A stretch of 64,000 nt of DNA from an uncultured Gammaproteobacteria bacterium (GTDB taxonomy: Bacteria; Pseudomonadota; Gammaproteobacteria; Pseudomonadales; Pseudohongiellaceae), in contig CAJXVC010000013.1 in NCBI GenBank assembly GCA_913060975.1, positions 1,536-65,535 of the forward strand, in the 5' to 3' direction. Position numbers and translations under genes: made by a program. The notes under the pieces were generated by a model that was not told where the DNA came from, made no database searches, and saw only the letters and a program-made list of their open reading frames with translations. Shown piece after piece: positions 40,319-49,736 of this stretch. Within the stretch, counting starts at the first letter, position 1, and the number at the start of each line of letters is the position of its first letter.

Positions 40319-42373
40319 CTAGTGGCCATCACCGGTAGCCATCGCTGCTGGTAATGCCATCGCTGTTAGCTTGGCACCAGTTTGCAGGATGATGTACTGG
40401 TGACCTTCGTGTACCCAGGAGCTCATGCCATAACGTGTTGTGGCAGGCACTTCGATACGACCCAGTTCTTCACCAGTCTGCTTGTCCACGGCATACAACA
40501 AAGGTGTGTTGTCGTGGTCTACGCTGGCGTAAACCAGCATGTTGGCAGTCGTGACCATGGAAGGCGCACTACCACTACCAGTGTCACCAACATCCACGCC
40601 TTCTACAGCAGGGTTGTTGCGCACGCGGTCTGGTGTTTCACCGGCTGGAATACGGAAAGCGATCTCACCCGTATTCATGTTGTAGGCAGTGATGCTGCTG
40701 TACAGCGGCTTCACATAAGGCAGACCAGAACTCAGACGCGGTGGACGCGTACGTGGGCCGTTGGCATAGGCTGCAAACGTGGTACCCGTTGGCTCGTCAA
40801 TAAACGTGTCGGCTTCTTCACCCGGCATTACTTGCTGCCAGCTACATGCATTCGCGGAAGCGACATACAGGAAACCCGATGTTGGGTCGGCAGTGGGTGG
40901 CGCATAGATGTTGGCACCGCCGCCGTCGCCCGGACACATGGCCGAAGAGATCTTGCCTGCTGCATTGGTGTCGTGAATCGGCGGGTTAAACAACGGTCCC
41001 ATTTGGTAGCTAGCCATAACTTCCAGCGCTTCACGACGCAGCTCAGGCGTGAAGTCGATCAAGTCGTCTTCAGTCAGACCTTGCATCTCGAAGGGTGGTG
41101 GCTTGGTTGGGAAGGGCTGCGTCGTCGCCAGTTTCTCACCGGGTACGTTGGAAGCCGGAACTTCACGCATTTCCATCGGCCAGATTGGCTCACCAGTCAT
41201 TCGATTAAAGGTATAAACAAACCCTTGCTTGGTCACTTCAGCCACTGCTGGAATGACACCGCGACCGGGAATGTTCAAATCAAGCATCACCGGTGGTGAC
41301 GGATTATCGTAGTTCCACACATCATGCTTCACAGTCTGGTAGTGCCAGATGCGCTCACCAGTTTCAGTATTCAGCGCAATAACACTGGTACCAAACAGAT
41401 TGTCACCAGGACGGAAGCCGCCGTAGTAATCGATCGTCGGTGGGTTGGTTGGAATGTAAACGATGTTGTTTTCCGGATCAGCAGTCAGCGGGGCCCATGA
41501 AGAGACATCGCCAGTCCACTGCCACGCGTCGTTTTCCCAAGTCTCATGGCCGTACTCGCCTGGACGTGGGATGACGTTGAATTTCCATTTGAAGGCACCG
41601 GTGTTCTTGTCATAGGCAAGAATATCGCCCGGTACATTCTCGACACGTGCTTGCAAGTAGCCCTGCTCGGCAGAGTTACCAACAATAACCGTGTCATTCA
41701 CCACGATGGGTGGTGAAGAGGTTGTGATGTAACCAGTCTCCAGCGGGATGCCTTCGTAGACATCGTAGGGATGACCCAGGTCGGCCAGCATGTCGACCAC
41801 ACCTGTTTCCGGGAAACCGTCTACCGGAATCTGACCACCGAAGCCTTCCAGCGGCGAGCCGGTTTCAGCATCCAGTGCGACCAGGAAGAAGCCCGGAGTG
41901 GAGATATAGACTACGCCCTTGCCGTTAATACGGTCGTAGGCGATGCCTTTACCATAGGAAGCGCGCATGGAGTATTCCCAGCGGCCGGTATTTGGCAGCC
42001 GGTAAGACCACATCGTCTCACCTGTTTTGGGGTCAATAGCAACCACATTACGTCGGGGACCCGACACAGTGAACAACTTGCCATCAACATAAGTTGGCGT
42101 AGAACGGCCGGAATAGCCACCGAAGCTGGAGCCATCCCATTCCCAGGCGACATCCAGTTCTTCGAAGTTGTCTGCTGTGATTTCGTCGGCAGACGTATAG
42201 CGTGTATGGGCATAGTCACCGCCGAGGGTATACCACTCGACAGTGTCGTCATTGACGACGTTCTGACTCAAGACAGCCTGCGGGAGCGCTAACAGCAGCC
42301 CCAGAGAGCACAGCTTGGGCAGCCTGCTTAAAATCTTTCCGGGTACTAACGGAAAATGCGATTTCATTTTCAT
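40319..42373 (-). CDS. PQQ-dependent dehydrogenase, glucose/quinate family (soluble, secreted)
   Basis: TSSPP, RPGDNLFG, HDVWNYD, TKQG.V, G.PIWP and TQPFP motifs; signal peptide and no N-terminal TM bundle. Confidence 0.82.
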   Translation of the reverse strand: MKMKSHFPLVPGKILSRLPKLCSLGLLLALPQAVLSQNVVNDDTVEWYTLGGDYAHTRYTSADEITADNFEELDVAWEWDGSSFGGYSGRSTPTYVDGKLFTVSGPRRNVVAIDPKTGETMWSYRLPNTGRWEYSMRASYGKGIAYDRINGKGVVYISTPGFFLVALDAETGSPLEGFGGQIPVDGFPETGVVDMLADLGHPYDVYEGIPLETGYITTSSPPIVVNDTVIVGNSAEQGYLQARVENVPGDILAYDKNTGAFKWKFNVIPRPGEYGHETWENDAWQWTGDVSSWAPLTADPENNIVYIPTNPPTIDYYGGFRPGDNLFGTSVIALNTETGERIWHYQTVKHDVWNYDNPSPPVMLDLNIPGRGVIPAVAEVTKQGFVYTFNRMTGEPIWPMEMREVPASNVPGEKLATTQPFPTKPPPFEMQGLTEDDLIDFTPELRREALEVMASYQMGPLFNPPIHDTNAAGKISSAMCPGDGGGANIYAPPTADPTSGFLYVASANACSWQQVMPGEEADTFIDEPTGTTFAAYANGPRTRPPRLSSGLPYVKPLYSSITAYNMNTGEIAFRIPAGETPDRVRNNPAVEGVDVGDTGSGSAPSMVTTANMLVYASVDHDNTPLLYAVDKQTGEELGRIEVPATTRYGMSSWVHEGHQYIILQTGAKLTAMALPAAMATGDGH

Positions 42374-42740
42374 TACCTCTTGTTCGAATTAAATAGTTTA
42401 GATAGGGGTTTTATAATGTCTTTAATGTCGATGGACCGCATAATACGGTTTTTCGCAGCAAATTTCCTCTTAATCTACCTACATTATCGGTCTACCCGAC
42501 ACATGCTGTGGGCCGGAAATGCTGGCTTGGCGCCAATTGGGCAAAAAACCGCCTGGCATCAGTAACCTGTGATCGCTGATCCACAGTATCCAGCAGTCAC
42601 ACCCACGCACCTCCCACCCGCTTTTGGGGGCGCCGCCATGCTGCCAATAGCGTCGCTTTCCAGTGTGCTTAATGCGACACTGCTGCAAAAATCAGGTGTC
42701 TTGCAGGATGCAAGATACTGCGACCACTACCGGGGGAATC

Positions 42741-43169
42741 ATGACCACACTGCATCAGAATTTTCAAAACCTGAACGTCACTATCGGACGCATCCTGCTT
42801 GGCATCTATTTCATATTGCCCGGTATTAACAAGATCACCAATTTTGATGGCAACAGCACCTACATGGCCGAGCATGGCATGGTCATGATTCCGCTGTTTC
42901 TGGTGCTCACTATTATTCTGCAGGTAGGTGGTGGATTTGCCATGGTGGCAGGGTTTCAAACCAAATTAATTGCGTTTCTGTTGGCCGGGCTAACATTGGT
43001 TATTAGTTTGGTCATGCATGATTTCTGGACCATGGAGCCCAGTGCACAAACCAGTCACGAGACACAAAATTTTGTGAAGAATCTGGCGATCATGGCCGGC
43101 CTCATGATTGCCGCCGGACTCGGTGGCGGCCCATGGAGTGTGGATAACAAGCTCGCCAACAGAGACTAG
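42741..43169 (+). CDS. DoxX family membrane protein
   Basis: GRILLG.YF, HDFW, FVKNLAI and G.GPWSVD motifs; start at ATG 42741 after GGGGG RBS. Confidence 0.88.
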   Translation: MTTLHQNFQNLNVTIGRILLGIYFILPGINKITNFDGNSTYMAEHGMVMIPLFLVLTIILQVGGGFAMVAGFQTKLIAFLLAGLTLVISLVMHDFWTMEPSAQTSHETQNFVKNLAIMAGLMIAAGLGGGPWSVDNKLANRD

Positions 43170-43446
43170 TTGCAAGATGAGTTCTTGCTGATAATGGTGA
43201 AGATATCTACCGGATTGCGGACGATCGCTTTAGAAGGTCGAGCGGCAGATACGCCGCCTGATGAAAAGCTCGCCCGCTTTCCATAAATTCCATTCAAGTC
43301 CTGAATCGATGCCTACGTAGATGTACGCATCGAGCCGCAATAAACCCACCGAATTGCGGGTTTTGTGCTCGCTATAGCTCACATTTCGCCGCGCAACTTG
43401 AACTAATGGTTTGCAATCTTTCCCCGCTATGGTAATTTTCAACGCG

Positions 43447-44265
43447 ATGGAAATGCTGTCCCACTCCTACAAAAAGCTCACCTCCCTGATTACCAGTGAC
43501 TGTCCAAACCTTGCAGTTTGTAAAGCTGCCGCGTTTGCCATTCTGCTGGCGGGTTCGCTCAAATTTCTTTTAGGCTACACCGCCGCCCCGCCTGATTTCA
43601 CTCAGTTCGATGCCGGAGAAGAGCGCAAACAAGCTTTTTTAGACTATTTTCTGCCAATCATTCAACAACAGAATCGGGAATTGCTCACGCAACGAGCAGA
43701 GCTTCTTGACATGCACCAAGAGAAGGGTCAGTTATCTTTTTTAGAAAGATACAAGGTTTCCAACCTCGCTGAAACTTATGAAGTCGAAGAGTTCGATTTC
43801 GATGAAGAGTCCGACTGGCAAACGCTTATCCGCCGCGTGGACATTGTTCCACCATCGTTGGCATTGGCACAAGCGGCCAACGAGAGCGCCTGGGGAACAT
43901 CGCGTTTTGCTGAACAAGGCAATAACTATTACGGCCAATGGTGTTTTGTCGAAGGTTGCGGCATCGTGCCCAATCAGCGACCGGCCGGAGAGTCATATGA
44001 AGTCGCAGACTTTTCGTCAGCCGAAGAATCAGTCGAGTATTACTTACGTAATATCAATCATCACCCGGCCTACAGCCAATTGCGCCAGACTCGCGAGCAA
44101 TTGCGTAACAGCGACGCGACAGTCAGCGGCCTGCAACTGGTCAACGGATTAACCAATTACTCTGAACGTGGCGAGGAATATGTTTCCGAATTGCGCAACA
44201 TGATTCAGTTTAATGATCTGGCTCAGCTGGATGGTTCTGACAATCCGGGCTACGCAGTCAATTAA
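43447..44265 (+). CDS. Bax-like glucosaminidase (GH73) domain protein
   Basis: RK..F, LAQAANESAWGTSRFA..GNN.YG, N.H.AY and YSERG..YV motifs; start uncertain. Confidence 0.85.
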   Translation: MEMLSHSYKKLTSLITSDCPNLAVCKAAAFAILLAGSLKFLLGYTAAPPDFTQFDAGEERKQAFLDYFLPIIQQQNRELLTQRAELLDMHQEKGQLSFLERYKVSNLAETYEVEEFDFDEESDWQTLIRRVDIVPPSLALAQAANESAWGTSRFAEQGNNYYGQWCFVEGCGIVPNQRPAGESYEVADFSSAEESVEYYLRNINHHPAYSQLRQTREQLRNSDATVSGLQLVNGLTNYSERGEEYVSELRNMIQFNDLAQLDGSDNPGYAVN

Positions 44266-44476
44266 ATAGTCATCTCATCAGACGTCTCGCCAGTAACTAC
44301 TTCGCTTATCTCTTTCGCGCCTTACGTTTCAGTCCGGCTAACTTGCCATCTCAGCTGACTCGCTTTTTTGGCCACTCCTCAAGCAAGTGCTTTTCAGTTC
44401 GCTGAATCTGCACCTGTACTTCCTGCCAATATAGCCAACCGCCGAACCACTATCTGGCTGATATGCGCCACACAAT

Positions 44477-44508
44477 AAAAAAGCCCGGCTACAGGGTAGT
44501 CGGGCTTT
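44477..44508 (-). terminator. Intrinsic terminator
   Basis: Minus strand AAAGCCCGACTAC-CCT-GTAGCCGGGCTTTTTT. Confidence 0.75.
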
Positions 44509-44580
44509 GTCTAATTCAGCGCAGCTGCATAGCCGCTGAGTTCGGCAACAAACCAGGCCGTTTCCGGCCCCTACTGCTAC

Positions 44581-44673
44581 TTACTTCTTGCCTGATTTGG
44601 CTTTCACTGCTGGCTTGGCGGCAGGCTTGGCTTTGGCTGCTGAAGTAGCGGGTTTCGCTGTTGCTTTTTTCAT
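44581..44673 (-). CDS. 30-aa Lys/Ala/Pro-rich histone-H1-like microprotein
   Basis: MKKATAKPATSAAKAKPAAKPAVKAKSGKK; GGAGA RBS 8 nt upstream and a terminator downstream; below the ORF-track cutoff. Confidence 0.65.
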   Translation of the reverse strand: MKKATAKPATSAAKAKPAAKPAVKAKSGKK

Positions 44674-44766
44674 TGCGTCATTCTCCAAAAGTGCCCCACC
44701 CAATGTGGTGACAGGAAAATAATATGCCTAATTTTGGACTACGCAATAGTTTGCAAAAAATATTTT

Positions 44767-45756
44767 TCAGGCTGGTTGGGCAGACTTTTTACGCACGACT
44801 ATCAGTGTGAAGTCACTACTGATTTCACCCTGCTCGAGCAGCTCCCGCTCCTGCCTGATCAGGTCGCGCAAAATCGCTTTACCCTCTTCATCGGCTTCCA
44901 GATTGCCGGCAATATTATCGAGTACCAGATGCAATAAGGTGCCGCCAAAATCGCGCTGCTCAACCAGATCAAAGTGGGTATTTAGCAGTGGCAGGATATC
45001 CTGTGAACAGATCGCTTCGGTAGGATCGTAGGCATTCATTGCCGCAATGGTTGGCCGCTCGATTGACTGCTTAAAGCCTTCTTCCCTGATGCAGTACCGG
45101 TATTGCTCCGGAATTGACTCCAGCATGTCATTTGCAAGGCGCAGTTGTTTATCGGTCCACTGGAACTGATTGGGCCCGACAAATTCATTGACGATAAACA
45201 AGCCGCCTTCTTTGAGCGAGTTACTTACCTGCTGCATGTAAAATTCAAGCGCCTCGATATGATGTACCGACTGCGATGCGAACACCGCGTCATAAGTGTC
45301 TGGCGGCAATACCAGTTCATTGAGATTGGCCACCTGGTAATCAATCTTGTCCGCCAGATCGACCTTGGTCGCTTCTTCAATGGCAATGTCGACTGCCCCG
45401 GCAGAGACATCGAAAGCATCGAAGTGGGTGCAGATACCCAGTTGTAAGCCGTGTCGTTCGAGCCCGCCACCACCGCAACCAAGACTGAGACAGCGATTCA
45501 CGGGTTCAGGGAAATAATTAACAGCGACGGCTTCGAGCCAGCCCCGATCGGGCTTGCCTGAAACCAGCGGATTAATATGTTCATTGATGACCAGTGGCGA
45601 TTCAGCCCAGGAACTTGGCAGCGTGGCATCGCGCTGCTGTCTGGCTCTCGCTGCCCAGTGCTCGCTGGCCAGCGCAAGATCTGGTTCGCTATTCGTCTGC
45701 GCTGGTACGCTGCGGCGAGCGAACAACTTGTGTTTGAATCTCTGCAATAACGTCAC
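44767..45756 (-). CDS. Class I SAM-dependent methyltransferase
   Basis: LSLGCGGG, FDVS, HH and LKEGG..IVNEFVGP motifs. Confidence 0.85.
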   Translation of the reverse strand: MTLLQRFKHKLFARRSVPAQTNSEPDLALASEHWAARARQQRDATLPSSWAESPLVINEHINPLVSGKPDRGWLEAVAVNYFPEPVNRCLSLGCGGGGLERHGLQLGICTHFDAFDVSAGAVDIAIEEATKVDLADKIDYQVANLNELVLPPDTYDAVFASQSVHHIEALEFYMQQVSNSLKEGGLFIVNEFVGPNQFQWTDKQLRLANDMLESIPEQYRYCIREEGFKQSIERPTIAAMNAYDPTEAICSQDILPLLNTHFDLVEQRDFGGTLLHLVLDNIAGNLEADEEGKAILRDLIRQERELLEQGEISSDFTLIVVRKKSAQPA

Positions 45757-46159
45757 GGTTCAACGACTCCTTTCATTGCGGAATGTCTGTGCTGTGACAG
45801 GTTGAGACTGCTTTGGACCTGCCTCGAGCACCGCCATCCTGATTTGTTTAGTCCCTTAAATGGCATTTTTTGGCGCCGTGTCTGGCCACTGGCACCGTGG
45901 CAATTGTGTGGATACCTGCAGTACATGCAATCTGCTTGTTTGGTGGCGGTGCGCCAGTCACTGACAGGAGACTACGCTGATGCTCAGACAATGCCAAGTG
46001 ACCTCGGCCTGAGCTGCTGGAACCTGGGATCTGATAATGCAGATCTAATAGTGGAGAACTGATAGTGGGAGCCGGGGTGTGAACAACGCAACTCTGTTCT
46101 GTCTTTGCCAAACTGACGTGCTGGGTCAGTCGTGACTCAGCGCCAACCGGGTTAGCCGC

Positions 46160-47737
46160 TCAGATTAGCCCTGCTGCGGCAAAGCGTGCTTGCAAAGGTT
46201 CGAGCAGCGTTTTCGCGCGCCGCCAGGAACCGATTGACGCCGTGTGCACAGGTTGGCGAACCTGCATGGCGCTCGCGGTCAGCGCCGCGTCTTTGCGACG
46301 ATGGAAATCGAGTACAGCAGACTCCCAGGGCAGTCCGCACCATTCAATAATCCGCCGTGCCTGATTCTCCGGATCGCGGACCAGGTCTTCATAGTGTACA
46401 TCCAGAATCCTGCCCGGCATTACGGTACGCCAATGCGCCATATGCTGGTGGTAACTGATGTAATAACTGGCCAGTTCATCGAGATCATATGAAAAGCTGT
46501 AGGCTCCGAAGAACAAAGTCTTGTAGATCGCATAGCAAGTATCGAGGGGATCGCGTACCAGATGAATCAGCCTGGCATTGGGCAGTGCCGCGAGAATATA
46601 GCCACAATAGAGAAAATTAAACGGTAGTTTGTCGACGAAAACCGAAGCCTCGCCAGCCAGATCTCGCGCAGCCGTGCAGTAAGCCTGACCGAGTTCCGCG
46701 AAATCGATATGCAGTGCAGCCTCAGAAGGTGAACTGTTTGCATTGCGTTCTAATTGTGCCTGCAGTCTCTGCCCATAGAGCCGTGGAAACTCTGTGAATT
46801 CGCCGATGGACACCGCCTGACTGTGAGTCGCAATAATCCGCTCTGCCAGAGTAGTGCCAGTACGCGGCATACCGACGACGAAAATTGGCTGCTCTTGACT
46901 GAAACCCGACGGCAGTTCCGCGAAACGTGCTTGGTTAAACGTGTTGCGGATCTCTTCGTGAGCCGCTAACTCGGGACCCAGGTCATAGCGCAGGGTGCTC
47001 CGATAAGCTCGCGCGCCAGCTTCGAGTGCAAGCACAGATTCCTCGTAATTACCCAGATCTTCCAACTCCTTGGCCAACGCATAGTTTGCGGCGGCGAGCA
47101 CTTGCGGTTGCTCCGGACCCTTGGCCAATGTTTGCTGCAAGTCGCCGATGTGATTGCGTTCTGCTGACTGGGTGCGTAACGCTGAACGCAAATGCAAGGC
47201 ACCGGCATGATAGGGAGCCTTCTGCAGAAGCGCAGCAAGGTGACCTTCACCTGCATCTGGCTCGTTCAGGTGATACTCCGCCATGGCGACGTCATACAGC
47301 AAGCCCACATGCTCGGGAGCCAACTGCAAGGCTTGCAGTAGTAGTTTGTGAGCTTGCTCCATCTGCTGACAGTCACGCATTATGCTGGCCAGCATACGCA
47401 TCAATTCCGGATTTCCCGCGACACCTTCCCGTGCAGTCTCGGCCAGTTGCATCGCTTCAGCGCGACGCGCATCGGCAAATGCCAGTCGCGCCTTGTAGAG
47501 AATGACCCTGACATAGTCCGGCGCTGATTCCGGCACTGCCTCCAGGCTGGACGCAGCAGCGGCTACATCGCCGCTCATCATTGCGGTATCGGCAGCAAAC
47601 AGGCGCACTGCTATCTGCTCAGGAAAGCGCTCGATCAGCAGCTCCACCAGACGTTGAGCTTGCTCGAGCTGACCTGATTGCAGCAATTGACTGCCTTGAT
47701 TCAGGGCCTGTTGAAGTGTTGGTTGCTGTTGCGTCAT
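46160..47737 (-). CDS. TPR-containing sulfotransferase family protein
   Basis: TPR N-terminus; PAPS loop FVVGMPRTGTTL, DKLP.N, RDPLD, YEDLV and TAS..QVR motifs. Confidence 0.88.
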   Translation of the reverse strand: MTQQQPTLQQALNQGSQLLQSGQLEQAQRLVELLIERFPEQIAVRLFAADTAMMSGDVAAAASSLEAVPESAPDYVRVILYKARLAFADARRAEAMQLAETAREGVAGNPELMRMLASIMRDCQQMEQAHKLLLQALQLAPEHVGLLYDVAMAEYHLNEPDAGEGHLAALLQKAPYHAGALHLRSALRTQSAERNHIGDLQQTLAKGPEQPQVLAAANYALAKELEDLGNYEESVLALEAGARAYRSTLRYDLGPELAAHEEIRNTFNQARFAELPSGFSQEQPIFVVGMPRTGTTLAERIIATHSQAVSIGEFTEFPRLYGQRLQAQLERNANSSPSEAALHIDFAELGQAYCTAARDLAGEASVFVDKLPFNFLYCGYILAALPNARLIHLVRDPLDTCYAIYKTLFFGAYSFSYDLDELASYYISYHQHMAHWRTVMPGRILDVHYEDLVRDPENQARRIIEWCGLPWESAVLDFHRRKDAALTASAMQVRQPVHTASIGSWRRAKTLLEPLQARFAAAGLI

Positions 47738-47745
47738 GGCTGTCT

Positions 47746-49587
47746 TTATTGCGTTGGTTTTTGTTTTTGCAATTCTCCGGGCAACAGATCAAATGCCACT
47801 GTTAACCGTGATTGCTCTGACTGGAATGGAATAGTGCCATGCCACATATAGGAGGGAAACAATACCAGAGTCCCCACCTCGGGTTTGATCACGCGGCGCG
47901 GTGCTAAAGACAAATCCTGATCCAGCAAAGGTACGCCGAACTGAATGTGGCCAGCCTGATCATTTGCAGTGCGCACTTCGTCTGGTAACGAAACATACAG
48001 CGCGGAACTCATCCATCCTTGAGGATGCACGTGATTGGTATGGTACCCAGCACTGCTCAGACGCACTGACCAGGCACCGGCAAACCGCAGTTCATTCTGT
48101 TTTGGCTTGCGACTCCAAAATGGCTGCCGGTTGTCACGGGGAAACTCAGCCAATGCAGTGCCAACTGCCTGACGTATCTGTGCTTCCAGCTCCCGTAACA
48201 AGGGATGCTTGAGCCGAAACAGAAAACCATTGGTTTGCGTGCCGCCGCGCAAGGTTTGCTCAATTGGATGAGCACGCGTGCGATGCAATGTCGCTAACTC
48301 ATCGGCCAGGCTGGCAAAGAAATCTGCCGTACTGTCATAACCCGCCGGGGGTGGGACTTCTACCTGGCAAATCATACGCTCGTAGTCGAGCAACCATTGT
48401 TCACGAGAATCTTCGAGAAGTTGCCAGGCCGTACCAAGATAAGCCAATGCCAACTGGTCATAGGGATTTTGTTGCAGCACCTCCCCACACAGGCTTTCGG
48501 CTCTGGCCGGGTCCCGATTGCTTAGCAAGTGCTGCGCAAAGCCAAGCCTGACTCCCGCATGACCAGGATAGTTTCGGCACAGCTGGTCAAAAACCTGAGT
48601 TGCGTCCGCATTCTTGCCAGCATACGCGAGACTGCCAGCTTCCAACATGTTCAGCTCCGGCGAGTCTGGACACCCTCGTTGCCGCGCCTCGGCCAATACA
48701 GTTGCAGCCTCCTCCTTGCGCTCAAGACGATTGAGCAATTCCACCCATGTCCGCCAGATTTCCGTATTACCAGGCTGCGCTCTGGCTGCCGAACCAAGCT
48801 GTTCTAAAGGGTCGCCCGGCGCTTCCAGCTCCCAATGTAAACGCGAGCGGATTCTGTGCAAGGACGCATGCTCGGGAAATTGCTGTATTCCACCTTCTGC
48901 AGCGGCCTTGGCCTTTTCAGGCTTACCCGCTTCCAACCATGCCTCTGCAAGATTCCGATAGGTATCGGGTGTCACATGACCCTGACTCATAGCGGTAGCG
49001 TATGCCTCTGCAGAAGCCTCGAATTCACAGTCCTGGCGCAGCAGTTGCCCGAGAGAATAGTGTAGCCGGGGCGCGTTTGCCTGATGCTGCAGCCCGCTTC
49101 GGCAGCTTGCTATGGCTTCAGCCACCTGGCCACTGCTTTGCTGAACTGCTGCGAGTAACTCCCAGGCTGGCGCGTGCGCAGGTGCTATTCGAGTAGCCTT
49201 GCTGGCGCAGCGCAACGCTTCGCGCTGGTCTCCCATTTTCAGTGCCAACAAGCCGAGGTGGTACCAACCTGCCATCAGTTTCGGGTCCAGCTTGATCGCC
49301 TTGCCGAGCAAGGTTCTGGCTTCTCTTTGGCGCTCCTGATTGGCCAGAAAATTGGCGAAGTTCACCAGTATATCTGCGCGTTTGGGCGCAGCAGCTATGG
49401 CTTGTTTGAACAAGCGTTCGGCAGCTACCGCATCACCTTGATTACGGGCAGCCATTGCCAACAGGTGTAATGCATCAGGCTGACCGGGGACACGCTCGAG
49501 CAGCTTGTGGCACAAGGCAACACACTCCGCTTGTCGGCCAGCCTGCATTAGCCCCACGGCTTTTTGAATGATTTCGGTTAGATTCAT
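47746..49587 (-). CDS. TPR protein with a C-terminal putative 2OG-Fe(II) oxygenase domain
   Basis: Multiple TPRs; GGTQT, WSV.L...GYHTNHVH, LFPSYMWHGT and R.TVAFD motifs. Confidence 0.85.
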   Translation of the reverse strand: MNLTEIIQKAVGLMQAGRQAECVALCHKLLERVPGQPDALHLLAMAARNQGDAVAAERLFKQAIAAAPKRADILVNFANFLANQERQREARTLLGKAIKLDPKLMAGWYHLGLLALKMGDQREALRCASKATRIAPAHAPAWELLAAVQQSSGQVAEAIASCRSGLQHQANAPRLHYSLGQLLRQDCEFEASAEAYATAMSQGHVTPDTYRNLAEAWLEAGKPEKAKAAAEGGIQQFPEHASLHRIRSRLHWELEAPGDPLEQLGSAARAQPGNTEIWRTWVELLNRLERKEEAATVLAEARQRGCPDSPELNMLEAGSLAYAGKNADATQVFDQLCRNYPGHAGVRLGFAQHLLSNRDPARAESLCGEVLQQNPYDQLALAYLGTAWQLLEDSREQWLLDYERMICQVEVPPPAGYDSTADFFASLADELATLHRTRAHPIEQTLRGGTQTNGFLFRLKHPLLRELEAQIRQAVGTALAEFPRDNRQPFWSRKPKQNELRFAGAWSVRLSSAGYHTNHVHPQGWMSSALYVSLPDEVRTANDQAGHIQFGVPLLDQDLSLAPRRVIKPEVGTLVLFPSYMWHGTIPFQSEQSRLTVAFDLLPGELQKQKPTQ

Positions 49588-49647
49588 AATTTAGTGTCTT
49601 GATTCTAAACACTAGTGACACAGGAGTCACACACAAGTGCGGCAGGC

Positions 49648-49677
49648 AAAAAAAAGCCGGCTTGCGCCGGCTTTTTT
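49648..49677 (-). terminator. Terminator after the TBDR
   Basis: AAAAAAAGCCGGC-TTGC-GCCGGCTTTTTT. Confidence 0.8.
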
Positions 49678-49736
49678 CGATCTACAAACAGGGTGGTCAC
49701 CCTAACAACTGCGATGACCATCCCGTTGTGTCGGCA

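Noticed and set aside
40382..41299. 305-aa plus-strand ORF
   Set aside because: Antisense shadow of the PQQ dehydrogenase.
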